From Lingula anatina (taxonomy: Eukaryota; Animalia; Brachiopoda), in the NCBI GenBank assembly GCA_051362555.1, contig CM120643.1, forward strand, positions 23,316,848 through 23,380,847: a stretch of DNA of 64,000 bases, given 5' to 3'. The translations under genes and the position numbers were made by a program. This document shows, piece after piece, positions 1-11,093 of the stretch (positions are counted from its first letter, which is position 1; the number at the start of each line of letters is the position of its first letter). The notes under the pieces are model-generated. The model was not told the origin of the DNA, searched no databases, and worked only from the letters and a program-made list of their open reading frames with translations.

Positions 1-215
1 TAAATATGAAGAAATTACAGCGGCGTGGTATTATTTGAATTTTCTAGTAAGTAGTAAGAGCTTTTTCTCTCAGGGCAACCGATTTTTACGCAGTATCATC
101 AATCGTTACTTATTTTTTAAAAAATACTCATTTTTAAGACATATTTTAGAAGACCTCTGGATTTTGTATACTTTGGCTAGAAAGTCTTTCTACATATATA
201 CTAAAAAAGACTTAC

Positions 216-354
216 CTAGGGTTGCTTGAGACGAGGATCCCAACACAGTATCTTTACTAAAAGTGGTCACAAAAACGCCCCAACTCATCTTGATGCCATT
301 AAAGGCAAGAAATAGTACAGATGTTAGTAGCACAATCAACCATCCGTGGTACAT
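216..354 (-). CDS. SLC16/MCT-like MFS transporter, neighbouring paralog, coding exon 1 (rest of gene lies left of the window)
   Basis: ATG at 354 reads MYHGWLIVLLTSVLFLAFNGIKMSWGVFVTTFSKDTVLGSSSQATL+G, then a GTAAGT donor. Same length (139 nt) and phase as the homologous exon at 16313-16451. Confidence 0.8.
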
Positions 355-2229
355 TTTAAACAAGTGTATAGTTAAAAAAACCAGGCGCTGTTACTGTGCA
401 ATTTAGTCGAACATGGAATCACGAGGTGTGCTTTGCCGGTGTCATGTAGGAGAGAGTCCCTTCCTGTATTTGGCCCAGTTCACTATGATTTGAACAGGTT
501 AGCGACCTTTCATTCCTATTAGACCCAATTACGCAACGCTAACTGTACCCTGTATTTAAACTTGTGTAATGCGGGCTCAGATACCCTCACCGGCACCCGT
601 GTCTCCGCCCCCGTTGCAAGAAAATAGGATTGAATCTTAAAATGGGGGTATTCTTGAAAAGTATTTACAAAAACTCTATCAGTGTTGCAAATACTGTAAT
701 TAATACAATATGGTTATACATACATGACGGAATGTGGTTTAATATTATTTACGGATTAATATGCAAACTTCTGTTTAATAATTTGCGGTTTGGTACACGT
801 ACCAAATTTGTTGCTGGACAAAAAAAAAAAGATCGTCAGCGATCGAAAATCAGAGACACGGTTTTGTTTGTCACATGCAGTTATAACTCCCTACAAAAAC
901 CAAAAATTGTCTACAAAAAGTGTTTATCCCTTCTCAAGTTACAGAGGTGCAGGAAGACTGAGAGGGAGACAGAAAAGCTTTCACGTCGGTAGGTGGAGTA
1001 GCCCAGCAAGTTTACGGCTTGCCACTGCTGTGCACGGCTGTTAGGGGTCCTATGAAACGATTTACTAGGTACAAACAAGCCTCGTCTTCTTGTATGCTAA
1101 TGCAATTTTATTAATACAAAATTTGTGTTTTTTTAATATACATGTATCTCATTTAATGGAAACTGATGACTATTGAATTTCACTTATGACAAAATTAGAA
1201 AATCTGTATTTCAAACCAATCATTGAGAGTGCTTAAGGGGGGAGAGGGGGCATTAATAAAAATATTGAAATAATGCATCAGTTCTAGTTCTATTTTTAAA
1301 AGAATTACATTTGCAAATGTTTAACTGAGTGTGCAGTTTAAGTGCAGTGCGTGTCCTGCTGGTGACCCTGTATCTTTTATATGTTGCGAAAAGATATCGT
1401 TTTCAGGTTGGGGATTCTTGTACTGTGACAGCAATCAAAATGATTTGATAAATACGTAGGGCAATTTGGTCAATCTTGAAAGGTCTGGGAGCGGCGATAA
1501 ACGTTGTCAACAATACAATGATAATTCGTTTGACAGTTAAACCTTCTTTTCGGTCCGACGATTTGATGGGTTATTTGTCATTTTTGGGCAAATTGTGGAT
1601 AGAAGGCACCCTAGACGTGTAACTCAATCCAAGAAAAGGTCATGCGCATGATTAACGGCGACATTCTTGGTTATACATGTAGTACCTGTATCTAACATAT
1701 TTTGTCATAATTGGCGTCTTGGGCTTACAATATTCTACTAGTATAGATCGTTAACTATCACATTTTTTTAACTGAAGCAGGGACGTCGTAAGCCGAATGG
1801 ATGCACACATATACCAGTAATATGGCCATTTTCTACCAGCTCCAGTATAATGTCTTTCAAAACACTGTGATACAATGAATGATCCCCCGTAAATCGAATA
1901 TTAATGGTCGGGGTGTGATGGTGGAGGGGTCGCACGCACCCAGCCCGTTTTGATAACCCCTTACCCTCCCATTCAGATAAAAATATTAAGTGAAATTGAA
2001 GCAATCTTTCTAGTTACAAAATATTTTGATGATTATACTTCATTCAATAAAATCACAATCTGAACACTGAAGTTGTACAGAGGGATGACAAAAGAATGGC
2101 ACCATTTTGCTTGAAGGTGAACAACTGCTGGGTTTGTTAGGTTTTTCAATTTGTATTTTATTTAAAAATGATTGCGTTAAGCTCTGACCTTGGATAACGC
2201 ATATTATTATGTCAATATTGATGTTCTGT

Positions 2230-2580
2230 GGTATAGACACGTGATCTCAGTATGGTAACCATCCTTTTGAACATAGACTGATAAGGGTTCAGTTATCTTC
2301 TGGAGGCTACGTTAGTCAAGGCTCTAAAGACATTTTGGATTAGAGCGTTTCTTGTAAAGGAGCGGTCATTTAATTGCCACAGGTTTACAATGGGGTATGC
2401 TTCTGGGGAATAGGCAAGCCAGTTCACCCCGTTGAAGCCATGCTGGTAAAGTCACTCTTGTACAGTTTTGGTCCTGGGATGCGGCGTTATCATGTTGGGA
2501 AATGAATTGATGACTCCTGTCCCCAAATATGATTTCTACCGTTGATAAAAAGTGCTGGTCCAGAATGTTAAAGGGTTTGC
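2230..2580 (-). mobile_element. Decayed Tc1-like transposase fragment
   Basis: Minus strand reads NILDQHFLSTVEIIFGDRSHQFISQHDNAA / TKTVQE*LYQHGFNGVNWLAYSPEAYPIVNLW. This matches Tc1 FQHDNA...WPAQSPDLNPIENLW, with a stop and a frameshift. Boundaries approximate. Confidence 0.75.
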
Positions 2581-5500
2581 TTCATGCCGTCAGAATGGCC
2601 TGAACGGAACATATTCTTCAGAAAACATGCCCAACTAACGATATCTTTATCCAAATACACAAATTAAAAGCTCATTTTGTAAATTTTTGGCTTTAAAAAA
2701 CGTCCTATTTGCTCGTCCTGGGAGTTAATGAGCTACGTGGTCACGTGGTCCAATGACGACAATCGAGCCACTGGAGAACAGAGCTGCATTGTCTACCTGT
2801 AAGATGACTTCTCTGGCTTCTGATAAAAGTTTATACTCATTCAAATCTCTTACCCGAGGGGTCTAAATCCTCGTGAAGCTGTGTAAAACCATTTCCCGTC
2901 TAGTCATTTCTTTAACAAGCATTTCATTATGGTTATCCCAAGTTGTATAAAACACTGCATTTGAATGAGTTAAGGGAAATGTTGATTATTGCATATGAGG
3001 TCCATGTTATTTGTGAAATTCAATTTATTTTATTAAACCGCTGACACTCCGTCTTGCATACTTTTATTAAACTGAGGTAAACAATGCCCGTTACCTTTAC
3101 AAGTCCTATCTTAATCATCCATCTAACTGGAACTTCCTTTACCTCTTAATTAGAGGGTTAAATGGCATTCAATTTGTCTTGCTTGTATCGAACGCACTCT
3201 CTATCTAAGCTTTACTCCAGTTATCTCAGGTAAAAATCTACCTGTGCGTTAGTTACAAAGCGCAGCTCCCGTAGACCTGGGGGTACTAGATAAAATCTGA
3301 ACACCAGGTTTATCGAGGAGCTAGAGAAAGAAAGGAAGAATTTTTCCTGCACAACTTCATAGGAATTTTAACACGGACTTGATCCAGCTTAGACCTCCAA
3401 ACTAACAGGGTGACATGGGCTATTTTCACAAACAAATCATAAAACTATATTTCAGTTAACCGCCTTTAAAATAAATATACCGTTCTGGGTAAATTAAAAT
3501 AGTTATTAAATCGCAAGAATATTTTTGACTTAAATGATGATTTTATTATTAATGGAAATTAAGCTGCTATATGAGGTACATTTGCTGTGATTACGCTGTC
3601 CTTCATGTTTTGCGTAAGTCTACATTTTGCTGTATGTGCTTGTAATCTTTTTAAATATGTGCGTACAATTTTTGCAGGTCTGGTTACCCCCTTGTTATGT
3701 GATGAGAGTATTAATTTGGCAATTAGTTCCTTAGCTTATTTGAATAGAATTGCAGTGTAAAATTTTCAACAAGATGTTGGCGAAATAGCCCATTACTCTT
3801 TGTAGGTATTTCCCCCGTCAAAGTTTGTCTAAAATTATCTTTCAATCTTTACTCTTTCTCTTTCTCTTTACTCTTTACTCTTTTAAATTATTTAATATTT
3901 CAGATGAAATAATCTTCAGAAACAAATCCTCAAAGCATAAATGAATTAGGATAACGAACCATTTTATTATAGCAGTTCCCATTTTTTCTTTAATATATAA
4001 CACGGTAGTGTTACAAATTTTAGTAAGAACTTAATTTAAGTTTTAAAAACATATAAAATTCATTAATTACAATAAGATTGCAAAAACAACATAAGTCTCA
4101 TTAGACGTTCAAGCACTGACCAAACATAATAACCTTCCGATCTCAGGCCAGCGAATGAGTGCCGTAATTAATGACCTCTAGTGGTCGGCAAACGCGTCAA
4201 TTAAATTGCAAGCAGAGGACAGAGCAACAGCAGATATATATAGAAAGATTTAATTGATTATCTCTTGGTGTCATGTATTAGTATTTAATAAGCACTTCGC
4301 TAGTTCAGGAAAATGACCAGTTCCGGTTCGGTCAAAATTAAATATTAAGAATCAAAGAACCGGGCAAATCACACTATTTAAATCGAAGGTCTAGAATCAG
4401 TATTTCTAATAATTAAGTAAATGTTGAATCAAAAATGTCCATCCTTGACGTGAGATGTGAACCACCTGTCACCCTAATTTTGATATAAAAATGCAGCATT
4501 TTGCCGCATTCGGTGTGTTCGGTAAATGTTCTGCGAGTCGGGAAAGTAGTGGCATAGGAAGGAGTGACTGAGGGAGAGACATTGTGGTCACATCTTCAAC
4601 TTGATGTAGTCCGTGTGCGCATAATAAAATTCCTTTTGGAGGGAAAAGAGAGTTGTTCGTAACTTTACAGTGACGCGCTTTTATCACACGTAAAAGCCCC
4701 CGTCACAAATATAACGCTCTTTTTCCTGTTTTTCCTCAACACGTTTTCTTCCACGGAAGCTTCAAGATACCCTGAGAGCAATTTCTTTTATTAATGTTCG
4801 CGACCGTGTTTGAACTTAATTGTTTAAGTATTGATATTTAACGTCATTTACAAATACCAATAAAATAACCCCATGAAATAAATGAGATATATTGAAAAAT
4901 ATGAAAGCCCACCAAGACGAGTTTCATACCTGTTATTACCTGGCTTGGGAATTGCAGCGGTGCATAATTAACAGGTTTGTTGTAAACGAGCTTTTGCTCA
5001 ACTACAATGCATCAGCAATCAGTAAGTTTGCCAACTGATGACAGTTAATCTGAAAGACTACCAGCTCTTGATATGATCTAAACCACCTGAGGTGACCATG
5101 ATCTAGAGCATCGCAACTATTGTCACCGAAGTTAGTAAGTAAGTCACGGAATACCGTCACAGACAAAGAAAGATTGTCAACGAGAGCTGCAGTTTTGGTG
5201 AATCCCACGGCAACACACCGAGGCATAACGAAAATTCCTCAACTCCGTTCAACACAACTTTCCTTAACTTCTCCGTCTGTATGCACCATGCAGCTCAGTT
5301 GAGTCTCATAGACCTTTATCGTGATTGTCGTCACAGTACCAAGTGACCCAGATCTGTTGCTTCATTTTTGCATATTGAGGGGGGTTAAACCACAATCCTC
5401 AGAAAAGCAATTTCTTTTCTTTCTTCATTTGTGAGCTCCCGTACCTCCAACTTGGTAAGAACTTACAGTAACAACTTACAACCAGAAGGGCGTTACTCCT

Positions 5501-5663
5501 GCAGTGGCACCTTTCATAGAGGCTGTTATACTTTGAATTACACGCGTCGAAGTTGAACTTCTTCCCACACTGAATGAATTGCATGTTTGAATGACATCCC
5601 TGATTGGCGACTGTTGCCAAAACATCGCTTTGATAACGCGGCAATTTATAGCTAATACTAATA

Positions 5664-5815
5664 CTAATACCGACACACTGATCCGACCTTGGCTAATTTT
5701 TTCTGTATACTGTTGATAAGGATAATGGATGCGGTCAGGAGGGCATTGGCCAAGTACAAAGCTGCAATGGTTAAAAACGCTGGCTTGTATGATCCACTAA
5801 TATCATAGATTACAC
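5664..5815 (-). CDS. SLC16/MCT-like transporter, exon 6 (last)
   Basis: ttttcag acceptor, phase 1; GVIYDISGSYKPAFLTIAALYLANALLTASIILINSIQKKLAKVGSVCRY*. GxxYDxxGSY is typical of the SLC16 TM11-12 loop. TAG at 5666-5664. Confidence 0.85.
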
Positions 5816-6245
5816 CTGAAAAGAAACAATTAATGACTTTTTAGACTTCTTTGTGGCATATATCTATATTTCAGTAATGAGTTTAAACAGGAGAAGGTCG
5901 TCCTTGGGTTAGTTTTTTTAAAATAAATTTTATTAAAATAAATACAGCAACGTGGAATAATGTGTGTAAAAGCATGTCCCTCTTTAATGCGTGTTTTTTA
6001 ACGTCTCTGTGTCACTATTTTCCTCAACAACATTGGTTTATCAAATTTAATTAAAATGGAAATGTGCTCAGAAATCCTAAACAGATCAAATTCTATTGTA
6101 GGCTGACCTGCAACTATTTGTAACGAATAATTACGCTTATGCCTTTCAAAATATTGGTGGAGGCACATTTTAACTCTTTTCTTCGGAGATATTCTAGTAG
6201 TAAAAAGCACTCCAAAGTTAATTTGATACATTTTTGATTATTTAC

Positions 6246-6389
6246 CTGACAGAAAAGGACCAACTGCACACCCAATTCCCAGGCCAGACAACAATATAAC
6301 AAACAAAGTTTGTACATCCTGTCCACTGAGAACTTCACCACAAGCGGCGTACCAAGCTGCAATGATGGGCCCTTGACCAAGTCCCAAAA
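6246..6389 (-). CDS. SLC16/MCT-like transporter, exon 5
   Basis: atttccag acceptor, GTAAAT donor, phase 1-1; VLGLGQGPIIAAWYAACGEVLSGQDVQTLFVILLSGLGIGCAVGPFLS(G) (TM10-11). The frame differs from the overlapping ORF-track entry. Confidence 0.85.
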
Positions 6390-6633
6390 CTGGAAATATA
6401 TATAAAGATAGCAGTATTCCCTGTTATATTTTATTTGAAGTGAATAATAACATGCAAAGAACTATCTTAACGAGGAGGCAAACATTATCATTTTTTTTTA
6501 CTCATGTTGACTGCATAATATTTCTTTCGATGATATACTTTTGTTTGTTTTTTTTTCATTTTTTTTCCCACGCGCCAGTGCCAATAACTGTAGCAATTAC
6601 AAAAGCAGGTACATGTATAAATCAAACCCTTAC

Positions 6634-6859
6634 CAGTACCGTATATGAACATCTCCGTCAATGTCGTACAAAATGGAGCAAGGACATTGTTAACCATAAG
6701 TAAACTCGCACAGATCACGTAGATATAAAGGATGTTGCCTTTCACACGGTCCCCCAGTGCAGACACGAGCAGACGACTCAAAAATCCCGCCACGCCCTCC
6801 GCAGTCAAACAGTGAGCGCCATCTGTCGATGTGTATCCTAAGTCCTCTACTTGCTTTAC
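6634..6859 (-). CDS. SLC16/MCT-like transporter, exon 4
   Basis: ttctag acceptor, GTAAGG donor, phase 0-1; VKQVEDLGYTSTDGAHCLTAEGVAGFLSRLLVSALGDRVKGNILYIYVICASLLMVNNVLAPFCTTLTEMFIYGT (TM8-10). Confidence 0.85.
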
Positions 6860-7290
6860 CTAGAACGATTTAAATGTTTATGGCTGAAAAACTAAACGTT
6901 TGAAAGAGTGTGAGAATGAATATATATGCAAGTTAAAAAATAAATCACAAACGAAATAAAATAGCACGTAGCGGAAAACATTATTTACGTATATATAATT
7001 CGAATATTTTGTATTAACACCGCGCTAGCTAATACAAAAAGGGTGTATCGTTTGGACTGAAACCAGTCAAGTAAATTTCTATATATATATTGATTTTTAT
7101 TGAGTGCATTTCTGTAATTGACGTTTCTCGTGTAAAGAATGAATAAATTCGAAGAAAAAAAAATGTATTTCGACACGTTTCCTTATCCCCATGAAACTGT
7201 AAAATAAAATAAATAAATGGATTTTGAAAATAATATAAAAAGCGCATTTCTTGCCAATGGGTTTTCTTTACCCTAAAGCTTTTTTCTTAC

Positions 7291-7595
7291 CAAAATTGCA
7301 TAGGAACTTGTTTTGCATATACCCTTGCTCAGGTAGATGACAAACCATATCACCATGACAACGACACGAATCTGCTTACTCCATTTTATCTCAACAAAGG
7401 GCGTGACTTTCTGCTCAGGAAAAAGGAAATAATCTTGCTGTATTGCTTCTTGTAAGACCTCTTTCGTTGGTTTCTTCAAAGTGCGGATTGAAACGATTGT
7501 CCACATTGCGAAAAAGGTTGCTAAAACGAGATACCCGTATCTCCATCCGATTGCCTGATGCAGCCATTGTATAAAGTTTCCAAATACGACGGTGC
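7291..7595 (-). CDS. SLC16/MCT-like transporter, exon 3
   Basis: gtttcag acceptor, GTAAGA donor, phase 1-0; GTVVFGNFIQWLHQAIGWRYGYLVLATFFAMW...KTSSYAIL, including the MFS GWR motif before TM6. Confidence 0.85.
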
Positions 7596-8146
7596 CTGAA
7601 ACAAGAGGAACATGATATAGGCTCCATAACAATTGTAACACTGCTAAGTAATGACGGTCTTGCAGTGCAACTGGTCATGCTGTTTTATCTTTCTTTTTTC
7701 TGTCTGTCCATCTTTCCTATTTTATGTCTTTTTTACTTTTTTGCTATAACTAAGATTGCATTTTATCAAAGCGTTGAAGGACCAAACAAAAAATGTGTGC
7801 CTCATAGCGTAGTCTGTTCCCCGTTACTTTATACAAGTGGTATTCGTCCCATATACTAACCCCACAATTACGTCTATAGATCCCTAATCTGTATTAACAA
7901 TCTGGGACACCGGACTTCCTTTCCTAGGACAACCATTCCTATCACATCGGATTTTTATCAACAGATAACACTGTCGTATTGGTATGTACTTTCAATTAAG
8001 AAAAAATATGAAATGAGCATGGATCGTTTAGAGAGAATCATGGGAAACACGACCAACATCAGGCCCTTTTTTAATTGCAGCCTTTCCCTCTAGAAGTTTC
8101 TCTGAAGAATATTTAAGTGTTAAAGTCCATTAAAAAAGAAACTTAC

Positions 8147-8449
8147 CAAGAGGCATTGTAACCATGGACCAGCTAGTGCACATCACGTGGAATCTGTGTT
8201 CCCATGGAAACCAGTCGGCTACGATAAAGAATAAAGGGAAAACAAGAATGTTCATTCCTAGGCCATATAGGACGCCATTGGAGAATATAAGGTATGTAGC
8301 ACTGGGGGCAATTGCAGATAGGCTTAATCCTAATACGACCAACAACGTCCCCACACATGTCGAAAATTTGTAGCCGCAGTGATTTGATGTGATCTTTCCT
8401 ATAAAACTCGTGGTAGTTGAGCACAGGTAGAATGCTGTTTGAATGAGAC
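8147..8449 (-). CDS. SLC16/MCT-like transporter, exon 2
   Basis: tttctag acceptor, GTAAGT donor, 303 nt, phase 1-1; GLIQTAFYLCSTTTSFIGKITSNHCGYKFSTCVGTLLVVLGLSLSAIAPSATYLIFSNGVLYGLGMNILVFPLFFIVADWFP...MPL. Confidence 0.85.
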
Positions 8450-8731
8450 CTAGAAAAAATAATTAAATCCATTTTTAAGACGTTCTGGCGACAGATGCTG
8501 GAGAGTCGAACCTACATGTACATACAAACACTAATATTGCTGATAAATTGAGATAGAAATCCTTCGTTCATTGCGCTACAATGGCCTTTAACTCCCTTTC
8601 AAAATGTCTCAAATTTCTGCTAAGTTTTAAAACGGTATGATGTGAAATCGGTCTACATGTAACTTTAGCATGGTGACTGGCTTATTGGGAGTATGCACAT
8701 TCAGCTTTTGTAACGCAACCCCCCCCCCCCC

Positions 8732-8764
<33 letters not shown>

Positions 8765-8801
8765 ATATATGCGTCCGAAATTATGGCAATCGATCATCTT
8801 A

Positions 8802-9873
8802 TGGCTCTCTTACAACCCGTCGGGCGTGCTTAGAGATCGTGCGTCCTCGGAGTTCTTGTCAGGCGTAGCGTTGTCGCAGAATGAAAATTAAATCGCAGCG
8901 GACGTAAGTAGTAAGAACTTTATGAGTAGGTGTGTCGTGCTCCAAACGTGGGGCCCGCAAGTGGTCTGTTCACCTTTTTGGAAGTAGGAAGAAGTAAGGA
9001 GCACGTACGATCTGTACTTGTGTCGCACACAGTGAGTGAGATAATCGTACGTGTAATGCATGTGAAGCGTACGTTTTCAGAAATCGTATTTACGAAGTAA
9101 GAGAAACGTAAGAGAAACGTAATGAGCACGGAAGTGTTAAGCACGACACTCGTGCGTCAAATTGGTGGAACGCACGGATAATCAAAATAATATAAAAGAG
9201 AACACTGAGTCTCTTCATCATTCACTGTTTTGGCTTCCAAAATGGCACTTCCAAGAAGGATGCGCCATCGACTTCTACAGCTGCTAATGCTAGAGGAGCC
9301 ATTGTGTACACTGCCGAAGTCGACTTTGAACTGAGAGCAGACTGTTCGTATCAGCTTTGATATAGGCGCACGATGCACCCAAGCAAGTACTTGTGACGCA
9401 CTTTTATCGTGCTGGTCACGTGCGTCATCTTAGTGTGACGCACTTCACAAGTACGGTAGTAGTACTCGCCATGCACTTTGGAAGTAAGATAAACGCACAG
9501 AGGAAGTGCGCTCACCCCCCTTTTTGTTAACACGTACATTGAAAGCAAGTTGAACGTAGGAGTCTCTTGCGTGGTAAGTAAGTCTTCGTGGTAAAATACC
9601 CCGGAATTTCTGCATGCTTTTCCTGCGTTACACGCACACCTAGCGCAGTTACTCAGTACTTTTGTCTTCCGTGCTACGAGCGTGCTCCAGGCGTTCTAAT
9701 TGTCGCAGACAGGTCGTAGCGAAAAACTGGCCAGCCAGTTTTCGGGCTGCGTGCTTTGCGTCGTGTTTGCGTCCACCAAAAAGTACGTTCCACGTGCATG
9801 TACCTTACTACTTGGCCAATTTTTGCACGCAAACCGCTCGTAGAAGCACGCACGACCGATTGTAAGAGTAGCT
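8802..9873. mobile_element. Non-autonomous PIF/Harbinger-like DNA transposon (~1.07 kb)
   Basis: Imperfect TIRs (left ctcttacaacccgtcgggcgtgctt; right, reverse-complemented, ctcttacaatcggtcgtgcgtgctt). TTA on both sides (8799-8801, 9874-9876). CpG-rich interior with TATAAAA at 9191 and a short ATG frame at 9242. Confidence 0.65.
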
Positions 9874-10029
9874 TTAGGTAAGGTATCCCAGTTGAAACAT
9901 GTACGGTATATTATCAATGTCGTCTTCTTATTATTATTATTTATTTATTATTATCAATTACATAAGCCCGGCAATGTCAGAAAAAATAAATGACGATTAA
10001 TGACTTACTGCTTCGTGTGACCCTTATTT

Positions 10030-11090
10030 TGATAAAATCAGAATTTTTTCGTGCCTATTCTTTTGTAATGAAAAAATGCATTGGGCATTGGTTTGGTAAG
10101 TGGAAAAATGATGCACTTGACGCCAGAAAAAAACTTAATGTTGTTGTTTTTATGCTCTTTTAAGAAACTAAAACTAGCTCACACTGTGGCCTTAAACTTC
10201 AATGAGAAAAATTTAAGCTACTATGCTCCTTCATGGTCACATGTTTATAAAACAAAAAATAATAAAAGCTCTACCAACCTGTTTACTTCGAGATATTTCT
10301 CTTTAACCAACTTATCAATTTCTTTGGGCCTAATCTTATATTACATTTAAAATGACTTACCTAGGGTTGCTTGAAAGTTATCACAAAAATGCAACTCATT
10401 TTGACGCCATTATAAAGGCAAGAAACAGAATAGATGTCAGGAGTACAATCAACCATCCGTGGTACATCTTTAACTAGTTCTAAACAAGCCCAAGGTTGTA
10501 AAGTTGATAAGTCAATTGCAAGTCTAACGCGGAGTATTGATACGCTGGTAGGTCTTGTGCCGAGTCGGTGTCAACTTAACCATGCAGTCTCTGGCCATCT
10601 TAAACAGGAAGGTCCTCAGACGCTAGGAAGTTCTAAATTAACCTTTCATTAAAATGAGGTTTCCTGGTTTACTGCTAAGTTGTGCTTATAGTCAACGTGA
10701 TGACACCTTCATGTATTATTACTACCCTTCGAACCAATTAAGTTTTGGATGAGAGATAGGATCAACTCTCTCGTAGCCCCCTCCCCAATAAAAATAGTAG
10801 TAGAGGGTCCCATAGTGATAGGGTAGTATCGTTACCCGTTGAAGATCACATAACGTTCATATTATTTAGCTTGATCTGTGAAGCACCCGTTCCCGTGACT
10901 CGTGCATGCAGCTTTTTATCCCTCGTCCTTTGTGAAACGAAGTCATTATAGTAGGTGAGTTGTGCTTTTCAACTCGCCGAACTCACATTTTCATTGAGAT
11001 ATTAATAAAGACTTATTTATTGAGAATTGTGATTTAATGATTTTATTTCCCATGAACTACTGTATGATCTTTGCCCCCCCAATTGGACCC
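10030..11090. repeat. Duplicated copy of the transporter exon 1, intron start and upstream region
   Basis: By visual alignment: 10030-10605 matches ~15995-16590, ~10800-11090 matches ~16590-16895, and 10607-10845 matches ~15738-15985. Confidence 0.8.
10361..10467 (-). pseudogene. Frameshifted pseudo-exon copy of transporter exon 1
   Basis: ATG at 10467 reads MYHGWLIVLLTSILFLAFIMASK*. Relative to the 139-nt copies it has a 2-nt insertion plus 3-nt and ~31-nt deletions (107 nt total). The GTAAGT donor is retained. Confidence 0.85.
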
Positions 11091-11093
11091 TTA

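Noticed and set aside
5652-5666. Stop-codon readthrough of the transporter
   Set aside because: The stop lies in a TAT-TAG triple repeat followed by TAA, giving four in-frame stops.
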